In this document: piece by piece, positions 24,961 through 37,382 of the stretch
Position numbering within the stretch: the stretch's first letter is position 1
Layout: each line of letters starts with the position of its first letter
Assembly (NCBI GenBank): GCA_951406725.2
Contig: OX597819.1
Location: 25,048,001 to 25,112,000 of the forward strand
Reading direction: 5' to 3'
Length of the DNA stretch: 64,000 bases
DNA from: Octopus vulgaris
Lineage: Eukaryota
Notes under the pieces: model-generated
What the model saw: only the letters and a program-made list of their open reading frames with translations
Told to the model about the DNA's origin: nothing
Databases searched by the model: none
Program-made: the position numbers and the translations under genes

Positions 24961-27464
24961 CAGTATGGAAGCCTGTTATATGCAAGTGTATGTGTTTCTG
25001 TGAGTGTGTTTGCATGTAATGGACTTTCCTGTTGTAGATAGCATATGAGAATTCCCTAAATTCTTGATGAACAACCTGTACAGATGATTTGTTTATATTG
25101 ATGAAATGTTTGTACTGTACATTAGCTCCCTGCCTCCCCTAATAGGTTTTCATTGTGTGTACAGGTGCATGATGTGCTTCTGTTGTGGGATGTGACCTGG
25201 AGGCTATTTGGTAGCTATTTGTAGTGGGATAACCAATTGCTTAGGGCACTTGCTTCTGGATTTGCCCTGACTGTAATCCAGTGATTTTTAATCTCTTGAA
25301 CTATATGAGACAATGAAGATTAAGCAAAAATTCCTGAGGCAATTCTAACAAAAATTTAAAATAAAAAAGCAACTTTGTTTTAAGGATAAAAATGAAGAAA
25401 ACTATTATAATTACAATGTGTAGAACATTTATTATGTATATATAAATGTTGAATAGCACTAGCTGCAATGTTTTGTTTCAGAGAAACTTCACAAAGAAAC
25501 AAGTGTATTAAAAATACAGGGCTCACAATGAATGCCAATGGTAGATTGTCAGTGTTCCAACCTCATTTTTGTCTACTCAGTTACAAACACACCTGGATAT
25601 TCTGAGTTAGCTGAAAAATATTTGTTCCAGTATAGAAATTGTCAAACAAAATATTCACTGATTTGTGTGAAAATCAACCAGGTGAGAATTGAATTAAAAT
25701 ATATGCTTTTGAAATAGCACTAGACTAAAAACTGATGTGGATAACATTGTAATGTACATACAAATGTGGAATAGCACTAGCTGTAATATTTTTACCTCAG
25801 AGAAACTTCTCAAAGAGAATTTGGTATTAAAGATATTGAGGGTTCACTCAGGATAGTATCATCAGATCATCAGACATGGTATTTTAACTTCGTTTTCTCT
25901 CCTTGGAGATGAACATCCCCTGACATTCTAAGCTAAGCCACCAGGTTTCTGGTCTAATCTCTTTGTCCACTTCTTCCTTTTCAGATGAGAAAACAGTGCA
26001 AAATATATCTTCATAGGCATTGTAAAAAGCCTACTGATACGTACATGTGTAAATACATGAATGAATGAGATGTATGTAGTTGACATGAGTGAGCTCACAA
26101 TATTTGTGCCTCTTGTCTAGTACTGTATTCATTTAGCTGTTTCATAGACTTAAAAATCTACCGTAGCCTCAGATTGATCAATGCCTTGCAAGTGGAGTTT
26201 GATAGATAGAAACTGTACAGAAGCCTGCCATGCCTATATTGTGTGTGTGTGTATGTATGTGTGTGTGTGTGTGTGTGCGCGCGTGCATGTGTGTGTTTGT
26301 ATATATTTCAGTGTAAAATGATGTGTCCCTTTTTATCAGTAAGGTAACATAGCTATAGAGATGAATAAAATATGAGATTGAAATAAGTACTGGGGTTGAT
26401 ATGACTGACTAAAACCATTGATGATGGTGCCCCAGGCTGGCCATAGTCCAATGGCTGAAGATAGTAAAGCAATAAAAAAATATATATGCATACATTCTTG
26501 TAAAAAAAAAAATTAAGAAAAATAAGCATTTTTGGATTTTTAAATCAACAATGTTTGAATAACGAACTTGCATTCTGTTATTGATTTATAATTATGCACA
26601 CACACACATGCAAGCATATATATACATCCACCCACACACAGATAGAAAAAGGTTATCTTTCCTGAACTAATCTTTTGTTTGAATATCATTCTCATCTTTG
26701 TACACCTCTTGCTATTTACTCCTACGCTTTTCTTTGTTTGCAACCAGCTGTCACAGACTGCTATTTCGTCCCACAGGAACTCTACCGAATTCTTTGTTAA
26801 CTTACTGAAAGTCTTTACACCCCTTTACCATATGTACCCATTCTTATCTTTGATGGTCTTGTTTTTTTTTATTATATATTTGTACTTCCTTTCTAGCTGT
26901 CTATGATGTATGTAACATGCATAAATGCACAGATGTCATCGCATTTAACTAGATGTATGTATGCACCAGCTTACAAAGACGCAAGGGCATACATATAATA
27001 TTCTTGTATATAACTATGAGTGTATATAAGTGTGTCTGTGTATATGTATGCTACACACGTGCACACTTTCTCTCTCCTACTTGTGCACACACACACACAC
27101 ACACCACCTATATAGTGACTTTGGAATAGTATTGCACAATCTTTATCCTTTGTTTGGTCATGTAACTTCTCCATACTTAAGTTACCTGAAGCAGAAAGAA
27201 ATAAAATAAATTATAATTATAAAAACAAAATTAATTTAAATTTTAACATAGAAAGTGACTTAAGTACAACTGTATACAGATATATGTGTGTGTGTGTTGT
27301 GTGTGTGGTTGAAAAACTGCAACCAACTGCTTTCAGACTTTGTTCCACTGCGCTGCATTTTGGATGAATGTCTTTGACTATATAGCTCTTTGCTAATCTA
27401 TGTGGTTGGGAAAAACTATGCAGACGTTTGTTGTATTATATCTGTCTGTCTGTCGATTCATACA

Positions 27465-27515
<51 letters not shown>

Positions 27516-27770
27516 AAGAGAGAGAGTATGTATGTCTATGTGTATGTTTGTCTTTTGCTGTTTGACAATGGGTACTTGTTTGGCAAAAAGGAACTGATAT
27601 AATAGGTTTGTTTGATTTGGTTGGTTAAAGCCTTCAAGGCAGTACTCAAACATTACCACAGTCCAATGACTTCATCAAATAAATGGATCAGAGAAAGAAA
27701 TAGTACATACATACACGCATGCACACACAATAATGATGATGATAATAATAATAATAATCATAATAATAAT

Positions 27771-28340
27771 ATGCCCTGATGTAGTACCAGACAGTGGCTC
27801 TCATGGCTTCTGATTTTAACTGATTGGAAGTGTTATCATTTAAATTGTTTTGTCTTGGTATAAAAGATGGGCTACAGCAAATGTTCTGCTCAGTACTGAT
27901 TTGCTTGTCAGTTGTTTGATCTTAACCAGTTGACACCATGTCCCTTTGTGGCTTACGATATGTGCATCTCTGATCATGAGCAGAAGTAGTGGGGGAGCAT
28001 CGTGACCATGTGTTGAAAGGAATTCTTAGAGGTTTGGATAATTCACCTTTGGAAACATGGGTATTTTGTTCAACATCCTTAAACAACCCTTATTCAGGGA
28101 CCTTTTGAGCAGGATGGGCTACTCGACCAGAAGAAAATTTTAACTGGGCCCCACCTGCAAGGTCATTCACTGTTTATCTTGATATGAGATTACCATGTTC
28201 TGCACATATGGTTGTGATGCATGTGCCTGGTGTACCCTTATCAGATGGGTAGTCATGATGCGTATACTGGGCTTTGTATATTTTACCCCAGTGTCACTTT
28301 GATGGCATGCACTGCTCTCTCACTCAATAATAATAATAAT
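27771..28340 (+). mobile_element. Non-autonomous element of about 555 bp in an (AAT)n tract, copy 1
   Basis: Flanked by (AAT)n on both sides. A second copy at 28870-29399 has the same right end CACTC(AAT)n. Strand inferred from the truncation pattern. Confidence 0.75.
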
Positions 28341-28869
28341 TATTATAATCATCCTTTCTACTATAGATGCAAGGCCTGCAATTTGAGGGGAGGGGGATGG
28401 TTGACCACATTGATTCTAGTACTTGAGTGGTACTTAATTTATCGACCCTGAAAGGATGGAAGGCAAAGTTGACCTCAGTGGAATTACATCACCCTTAGTG
28501 TTCAAGTGGTACTTATTTTATTGACCCTGGAATTTTGAAAGGCAAAACTGATTGTGGCCCTTATTTGATCTCTGAACGTAACGAGTGAGAAGAAATACCA
28601 CTAAGCAATTTTGTCTGGCATTCTGTCTGTTCTACCAGCTCGCTACCTTAATAATGATGATGATAGTAGTAGTAGTAGTAGTTTTTTCTACTACAGGCAC
28701 AAGACCTAAATATTTAGGGGAGGGAAGATAATCAATTACATCAGGCCCAGTACACAACTGGGGGTTGATGAAAAGTAAAGTTGACCTTGGTAGAATTTCA
28801 ACTCAGAATATAAAGACATGCTTATGATTCTGCCAGCTTGCTACCATAATAATAATAACAATAATAATA

Positions 28870-29399
28870 TGATTGGCAGTGTTATCATGTTCATTGTTTT
28901 GTCTTGGTATAAAAGATGGGCTGCAGCAAATATTCTGCTCAATACCACAGATTTGCTTGTCAGTTGTTTGACCTTAACCAGTTGAGCATGTCCCTTAGTG
29001 GCTGACGATATGTGCATCTCTGATCATGAGCAGAAGTAGTGGGGGAGCATCATAGCCATGTGTTGAGAGGGATTCTTTGGGGTTTGAATAATTCACCTCT
29101 GGAAACATGGGTGTTTCGTTCAACATCCTTAAACAACCCTTATTCAGGGACCTTTTGAGCGGGATGGGTTACTCGATCTGAAGAAAATTCTAACTGGGCC
29201 CCACCTGCAAGGTCATGTGCTGTTTATCTTGATATGAGAATACCATTTCGCGCACATAGGGTTGTGATGCATGTGCCTGGTGTACCCTTATCAGACGGGT
29301 AGTCATGATGGGTAAACTGGGCTTCGTATATTTTACCCCAGTGTCATTTTGATGGCATGCACTGCTCACTCACTCAATAATAATAATAATAATAATAAT
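28870..29399 (+). mobile_element. (AAT)n-associated element, copy 2 (about 50 bp shorter on the left)
   Basis: Colinear with about 27820-28325. Confidence 0.75.
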
Positions 29400-29615
29400 G
29401 GTTTCTGGTTTATGCACAAGGTTAGCAATTGGGAGGTGTGGGGGTTTGAATCGTTGTCCTTAACCCCAGTACTTGACGGATGAGGATGAATGGATGATAA
29501 TAAAATAGACTGGGAAAAAGTGAGACCAAAAGGTCAATGATAAATATTTTATGGTATGCTATTGTATTTTATTGTCTGTTTTTTTTAGCTATTTTATTGT
29601 TTGTTTTTTTTTAGC

Positions 29616-29649
<34 letters not shown>

Positions 29650-30740
29650 GGGTTCATTATTAGTAATATTAGGATATAATGCTTGATCATGTTTTAAAAA
29701 ATTGTTTTAATATTTGTTTAGTTTAAAGTAATGAAGAAGGATAGTGTTGCAGCAGTCTTTTATTTCTCGAGTGGAAATTCAGATATTTTGAAAGTGATTA
29801 GTAGTTTTAATATTGATTTTAAATTTTGGCATGGGGCCAGCAATTTTTGGGGAGGAGTAAGTCAATTACATCGATCCCAGCCCTCAACTGGTACCTATTT
29901 TATTGACCCTGAAAGAACAAAAGGCAAAGTTGACCTCAATAAGGTTTGAACTCAGAACATAGAGAAGTAGAACAAATACTGTTAGTTGTTTTGTTTATAG
30001 CTCTAAAGAATCTGATGAGTGTTCACTTCATCCTTTGAACATTTTTAAGATGACAGAGTGTGATATGAGTTTAATTTGGTTGCTATGTCTAGCAACAAAG
30101 CAGCCACATATATGCTCTCACATTTGTGTGCCATTTACGATTTCCTGTTAAGCAATCATTGTCATTCAGCCTCAGCTGATCCATTGCATGGAAGCATCTG
30201 ACATGATTTTTCAAGAGCAACTCATCAGTTGATAACATCAGCCAATATATCCTATTTCTCTCTGCTCTCTTTTCACATGACAATTAATTGCCTTTGACAA
30301 ATGTATGCAGTGTGTTATGAATACCAAGCGTGTTTGGCTGACTGCAGAGATTTTCTGGGTGTTCTCAATGCATCATAGCTTCAGTACACCATCGTCCTTT
30401 TAATGCATACTTTTCCTTGCTTGCATGAGTCTGACGAAATTTTTGGAGGTAGACTTTCTAAATTGTATGCCCTTCTTATTGCTAACCCATCAATTATTTC
30501 CAAGCAAAGTAATACCTTCTTTTAGCCTGAAGACTGGAAACAAAACAAACAACCACACTTAAGCATGAAGATGCCCTTTCAGAACCATCATGTGATATCT
30601 AGACAAAGGTATATGCAAACACACACACACACACACATATGTAAATCACTTGTATAATGGTGATGTTCATTTTACAGTCATCATATGGTGTCAAGACAGG
30701 GATACACACAGATTCAAACACACACATATACACATGTATA

Positions 30741-30787
<47 letters not shown>

Positions 30788-30818
30788 ATATATATATATA
30801 TATATATACATATATACA

Positions 30819-30981
30819 GGTGCAGGAGTGGCTGTGTGGTAAGTAGCTTGCTAACCAACCACATTGTTCCGGGTTCAGTCCCACTGCGTGGCACTTTGAG
30901 CAAGTGTCTTCTGCTATAGCCCCGGGCCGACCAATGCCTTGTGAGTGGATTTGGTAGACGGAAACTGAAAGAAGCCTGTCG

Positions 30982-31022
<41 letters not shown>

Positions 31023-31219
31023 CTGTGTTTGTCCCCCCAACATCGTTTGACAACCGATGCTGGTGTGTTTACATCGCTGTTACTTAGCGGTTCAGCAAAA
31101 GAGACCGATAGAATAAGTACTGGGCTTACAAAGAATAAGTCCCGGGGTCGATTTGCTCGACTAAAGGCGGTGCTCCAGCATGGCCGCAGTCAAATGACTG
31201 AAACAAGTAAAAGAAAAGA
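30819..31219 (+). mobile_element. SINE type A, full length
   Basis: Matches 156-570. Followed by a degraded inverted head at about 31232-31375. Confidence 0.9.
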
Positions 31220-31899
31220 AAAAAAAATATATGACTGGCTTCTTTCAATTTCTGTCTATGAGATCCACTCACAAGGCTTTGGTTTACCCAGGGTTATAGA
31301 AGAAGGCACTTCCCCAAGGTGCTGTGCAGCAGAACTAAACCCAAGGCCACATGGTCAGGAAGCAAGCTTCTCAACGATACAAAAATATTGATATCGTGAT
31401 TATTTAAAAGTTTTACTTGCGTCTGGCTATTACACAAAAGACAGTAGTAAGTATTTGGATAGTGTTGTAGTCTTTAGATATATTCCTGTGTGTTGCCTGG
31501 ACCTGCAAAGCTCCACTCATAGTGAAACAGGTTTAAGAACTGTATTCCTCTTATGTATTGCTTACATATTTCAGTTATCTCTGATTCCGTTGAGTGTCTG
31601 ATGTCTGTTACAACATGCAGAACATTGTTAAAAATGGTTTGTAATTTGTTGTGCTTTATAACAGAAGATTCGGAGAGAACTGGTTTCATTTGAAATGGTC
31701 ATGATATACCATTAGTTTTTATTTTATTTTATTTCATTTTTTTTTATATTAGCCTCTGAGCTACAGTATTTTTTTTTTTTGTTTCTTATGTCCCTGTTGT
31801 GTAAATAATATCAATGTGTTGTAATGCGATGTTTAGAATTTTAGCCTTTTGTTTGGTTTTATATATTTCCGTTGTAAACGGTTGTTTATTCTAGTGTTG

Positions 31900-32620
31900 G
31901 CGGTTGTGGTGGTGGTGTGTAGTGGTAGTGGTGGTGTGAATAACAATGTTGATACTTATTCTATTGTTGGGGGTGAAGGGCCTGGTGCTGTGTCTTTGTT
32001 GTTGCTGTTTACTTTACTGATAGTCATTTGAATCTCTGTAATGGTTGTTGTAGTGATGGCAGTATTGATAAGTAGTGTTGATGGTGGTTGTGCTGATGAT
32101 GGTTGTAGTGATGGTGATGATGATGATGATGATGGTGGTGGCGTTTGGTGGTGGGAATGATGATGTTGATGGTGATGATAATGGTGATGATAGTGGTGGT
32201 GGTGGCACTATAGATCACTGTGACAGTGGTACTGATGATGGCTGTGGTTGAGGTGCTAATGATGGTTATGGTAGTGATGATGATGATGATGATGATGATG
32301 ATGGTGATATTGCTACTGCTAGTGGTAGTGATATGCGAATGGTTTTGATAGTGATGTGGGGATGACATTGGTGGTGAAGTAAAAGTGGTGGTGGTGGTGG
32401 TAGTAGTGATATGAGGATGGCGGTGGTGTTGGTCATAATATGAGGGTGGTGGTGGTGGTGGCAATGTAAAGACTGAAGTGGTGGTGATGTAGGGATCATG
32501 GTGGTGGTGGTGGTGGTGGTGGCAATGTAAAGACTGAAGTGGTGGTGATGTAGGGATCATGGTGGTGGTGGTGGTGGTGGTGGTGATATGGATGGTATTG
32601 TTAGTGTTGTTATTAATGAT
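31900..32620. repeat. (GGT/GAT)n low-complexity tract with an internal tandem duplication of about 61 bp
   Basis: GGCAATGTAAAGACTGAAGTGGTGGTGATGTAGGGATCAT occurs twice, at about 32460 and 32521. Confidence 0.9.
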
Positions 32621-33112
32621 TGTTGGTGTTAAATGGCACCATCAGTTGTGATAGCGTTGTTATTGAGGAAGGGCCGGTTGGGGGTGAGAACGGCAGTAAT
32701 GTCAATAATGCCATTAAATACATCCTGGTGATTGCTGTAAATAACACTACTGCAAAATCAAAATTCTGTAAAAAAAAAAAAAATCTGAGGCCTCGCCTGG
32801 ATCAATTAACTGTGTACACTTAAACCAAATAGTCAGAAGTCCGGAGTGGGTTTTGTTCATTGTAGATATTTACTGAGATAGTTTCAATTGTATTTTATTT
32901 TATTTTATTTATATATTTTCTTTACATTTTTATATAAATCTTGAAATTCGGGTTTTTGCTTTTGTCGGAGAAAAAAAACCACGTAGATAGACAAGCACAG
33001 GTATTTGCTTTTACTAATCCAAATGAAAATGATATGGCATAATGGTAACGAATGATTATGGCAACCTGCCTTAGTTTGCTTTTGTGGTTACATTCCATTG
33101 TTTTATTAAACA

Positions 33113-33517
33113 CTAGCAGTCTCGCCCGGCGTTGCTCGGGTTTGTAAGGGAAATAACTATATAAGCATTTTTAGAGATGTAAAGTATAATAGCCATCTCA
33201 ATATGGCTAACCACAAAGGGGGGGGGGCGTGTTACTGTAGCTTTTTAAGTTCTGAGATTTAATAATACATTTTTAGAGAGTTACTTCCCTTACATAATAG
33301 CAAAAAAAATGCATTAAAAATGGGAAAAAATTATGGTAAATTTTTTTTTAAATTGTGGACTCATCATAGATGCGCGGTAATACCCAGAAGGGTTCGATAT
33401 GAATCACGTCTATAAGATACCCGGTTTTGGTTAAACTGCACCGCAAAATGTGGGAGTAGTTAGGAATCTAAATCGTAGGAGACAGACAGCACACAACCTC
33501 ACTTTTATATATAAAGA
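33113..33517 (-). mobile_element. Non-autonomous Helitron
   Basis: Minus strand reads A|TCTTTATATATAAAAG...CCCGAGCAACGCCGGG hairpin...CTAG|T: 5'-TC, subterminal hairpin, CTAG end and AT target site. Confidence 0.88.
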
Positions 33518-34091
33518 TATTGTGCTTGTTTATCATCATTGCACACTCACACACACACACTGAGTGTTTAGAGGTTTGCTTCTCAGCCATGTAGTTCTTG
33601 GTTCAATCCCATAGTGTGACACCTTGGGCAAGTAAGTGTCTTCTGCCAAAGTCCTGAGCTGACCAAACCATTTGGTAAAAGAAAACTGAAAGAAGTCTGT
33701 TGAATGTACCCCTGTTTGTGTGTGTGTGTGTGTGTTAGCATCATCTTGTCTTGGTATCATGAGGTGGTTGTAAATGAGTGTTACCATTACACAAGTGTTG
33801 TTGTTCATTTCTAATCTTCAATGAAAACATGTGTGGCCATAGGGAAATATTATTTTGTTTGGAAACCAATACTGATTGCTGATAAGAAGGTCAGCTGATT
33901 GTAAAAATTCTGCCTCAATGAGTTCCATGCAAGCATGGAAAAGTGAATGTTAAAATGATGATGACTACAGCAATAATGATGATGATGACTATGATGGTGC
34001 TGCTGCTGATAATGATGGTGATTTGATGATATATGAGCAAATTGGCAGTCATTCGGTCATTGAATAGAACTTTGCAATATTTGTTCTGGCC

Positions 34092-34575
34092 AAGGCGGCG
34101 AGCTGGCAGAAACATTAGCAGGCCGGGCAAAATGCTTAGCGGTTTTTCATCTGCCGCTACGTTCTCAGTTCAAATTCCACCGAAGTCAACTTTGCCTTTT
34201 GTCCTTTCGGGGTCAATTAAATAAGCACCAGTTACGCACTGGGGTCAATATAATCAACTTAATCCGTTTGTCTGTCCTTGTTTGTCCTCTCTGTGTTATG
34301 CCCCTTGTGGGTAGTAAAGAAATAGGTATTTTGTCTGTCTTTACGTTCTAATTTCAAATTCCGCTTACGTTGACCTTGCCTTTCATCCTTTTGGGTACCA
34401 GTTGCATGCTGGGGTCGATCTAATTGACTGGCCCACTCCTCCAAAATTTCGGGCCTCGTGCCTAGAATAGAAAAGAATATCTGTTCTGGCTCTCTGTGTT
34501 CTGAGTTCAAATTCTAACACGGTCAACTTTACCTTTCTCTCATCTTTTTCTGGGGGTCTATAAATAAAGTATCTT
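34092..34575 (+). mobile_element. SINE type D followed by older D-related units
   Basis: The young copy (34092-34325) runs into GGTATTTTGTCTG of an older relative. Confidence 0.8.
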
Positions 34576-35732
34576 TCCAAGGTAATCGGTTGGCAGTATT
34601 TATTCTGGATCTTTGCATTTTGATAGCAGCATTTGCTTTATGTTGTTGCAAAGCATAAACAGGATCCTTTGAATGAAACTGACCAGGGATGAGATGGCAT
34701 GCTGGATGATATTGCAAATGAAATGAAGAAAGAACAAAATGTATGGCAATACATCGTACAACAGACCCACCCAAACTACATTGATATAAGAAAAATAAAA
34801 AAGACATTAAAATGGTGATGATGATGATTCTTGTGATTATCTACTGTAATTGTCTGCATCATCATAAATGTTGTTGTGGTCGTTGTTGTGATAATTTTTG
34901 TTTTCATTATTATCATTAAGAATTGGGAGGAAAAAGCCTTTTAAATTTGTTAGCATTCAAATTTATTTTACCTTGTTATTTTTTAATAAGTCATTGGTTA
35001 CTAAAAAGAAAAAGAGTTAGTCATTTCAGTTTATCAACATGACGAAATATTGGTCATTCTTCTGAACCACACATATGCATACACATACACACGACCCTTC
35101 CCCCCACCATTATTTCTTAAATTGTTGTTATCTCAAGGGAAACTCATTAGTACTTTGGAGCCATTTAGTTTTAATAATGAGATTTTTGAGGAAATCTGTA
35201 TCTGAAGAATTCTGAAGTGGTCAAACGAAGTCAAAAAAAAATTAAGCAAAGAATTTTTTTTTATATGTTTGGTATTGTTGATTGTCTGATAACATTTCTG
35301 AAGTATCAAGTCTCAGACTACTTCTGATATAGAACCAATTTAAAATAATGATTTTTTTACTATCAAAACTAATAAAATTGCCATCCAGAAACATATAATC
35401 ACATGAAGTATGAAAAACAAACACATAACATGAGCCACATAGCCACTCTTTTGTTTAAATGTGACCCATCTCAGCTTAGTTGTTAAATATCTTGGTCGTT
35501 TTTTTTTCCAAATACTGGTTCATCATCATCATATAACGTCCACATTACCATACTTGCATGAGTCACATGGAATTTATTGAGGCAAATTTTTGTATGGCCC
35601 TTCTTGTGACCAACCCATATTTTCCCATAGATAGACATGTTTTTCATTGAAGACTATGAATGAATAACCTCACTTGTAAGAAGCTGAAGCTCATTTACAA
35701 CTATCATGTGCTGTCTAGACAAGTGTTTGTAT

Positions 35733-35965
35733 CTCAGACCGGACGATGTGTGTTTATGAGCGAAACACCTAAGCTCCACGCGGCTCCGGCAGAAGGTAAT
35801 GGCGAAACTTCTGCTGACTCTTTCGCCTCAACTTTCTCTCACTCTCTCCTACTGCATCTTGCAGCTCACCTGCGATGGACTGGCGTCCCATCCAGGTGGG
35901 GAACCTATACGCCAAGAAACTGGGAAACCGGCCCTTATGAGCCAGGCATGGCTTGAGAAGGAACC
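35733..35965 (+). mobile_element. Chimeric SINE: type B central region plus type C 3' module
   Basis: GAGCGAAACACCTAAGCTCCACGCGGCTCCGGCAG...CAACTTTCTCTCACTCT (type B), then GCGATGGACTGGCGTCCCATCCAG...GAAACTGGGAAACCGGCCC (type C). Confidence 0.75.
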
Positions 35966-36752
35966 AAAAAAAACACACACACACACACACGTCTTTTCCT
36001 TCCCACCAACCAAATCCACTAACAATACTTTGGTGGTCTTGAGGCTCTAGTAGAAGATATTTGTCCAAGATGCCACACTGGGGATTGAACCATATGATTG
36101 ATAAGCAAGCATTCCAGCCACACAACTATGCCTATGCCTACTGCCATGCCTGCACTGGGTTCCCTGATCATAATGTCAATGATGGGGACATAAGACATAA
36201 AATTTGTGGTGGTATTTGATGACATTTTTGATATCATTGACGATGATAGGGGTATGGTTGATGAAATTGTTGAATCATGGTTGAAATATCTTGTGGTATT
36301 TAGTTACATCTCTCTTCACATTCTAAGTTCAAATGTTGTAGTTGACTTTTTCTTTTATTCTTCTTGGGTTGATTATATAAAGCAGCAATCAAGTGCTGCA
36401 GGTGATGTGATTGTTTTTAGTCCATCTCTGAATTTCTAGCCTGTTGCTTCTATAACAAATTAAGTGAGTTGTCAGGATTGTTAGAATATCAGAGAAATTG
36501 TTCTAGAGCACTTTATGTAGTTCTTTACATTTTAAGTTCAAATTCTACTGAGGCTAACTTTATCTTTCATCCCTTATTTGTTTTAATAAAATAATGTATT
36601 ATCTTGTACTGAGGGTGAAAGTACCAATCTAATCAACTAATCCCAGCCTCTCAAAATTGCTGGTCTTCTACCAAAATTGGAAATTATTATTATTATTAGA
36701 GCAATTGAATACTATGGATGGGGAGTAAAGCAGAAATTTACCCAGGATTTAC

Positions 36753-36954
36753 AAGGCAAATAAGAAAATGGAGAAGGTAAACAATTGACAAACATCAGCC
36801 TGTAAACATTGAATTATATCTATTTATTAACTGTCTTTATATCTATTTATTAATTATCACTTATGCATAATTGTAATCAATTAATAAATAGATATATTTG
36901 AATATTTACATGCTGATGTTTGTCGATTATTTACACTCTCCATTTTCTTATTGG

Positions 36955-36958
<4 letters not shown>
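36753..36958. repeat. Inverted repeat (arms about 80 bp)
   Basis: AAGGCAAATAAGAAAATGGAGA...TATATCTATTTATTAA and its imperfect reverse complement. Confidence 0.85.
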
Positions 36959-37000
<42 letters not shown>

Positions 37001-37050
37001 TATATAGAGAGAGACCAAAGTGTATGTACGCTGCTATATTTTATATATAA

Positions 37051-37382
37051 AAAATACAAAATGGAACAAAAACGCAAAACATCCAGACAGTTAGGTGAAA
37101 CAAAAAAGGGACAACAAAATATCCAGACAGACGATACAACGAAAACAAGGACAGATCATTCGAGTTTTCTATCCTCAGTCGAGTTCCAGATTAGCTTTGG
37201 AGCAATCTCGAGTATAACCAGCCGAAATTGCAAAAATAATCTGGAACTTGACTGAGGATAGAAAACTCTGAATGATCCGTCCTTGTTTTCCTTGTATCGT
37301 CTGTCTGGATATTTTGTTTTCCCTTTTTTTGTTTCACCTAACTGTCTGGATGTTTTGCATTCTTGTCCCATTTTTGTATTTT
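37051..37382. mobile_element. Long foldback element (arms about 140 bp) between (TA)n tracts
   Basis: The left arm AAAATACAAAATGG...GAGTTCCAGATTA pairs with TAATCTGGAACTT...CCATTTTTGTATTTT. Confidence 0.8.

Noticed and set aside
32024-32560. His/Thr/Pro-rich 178-aa ORF
   Set aside because: It derives from trinucleotide low-complexity DNA, with no splice or domain support.
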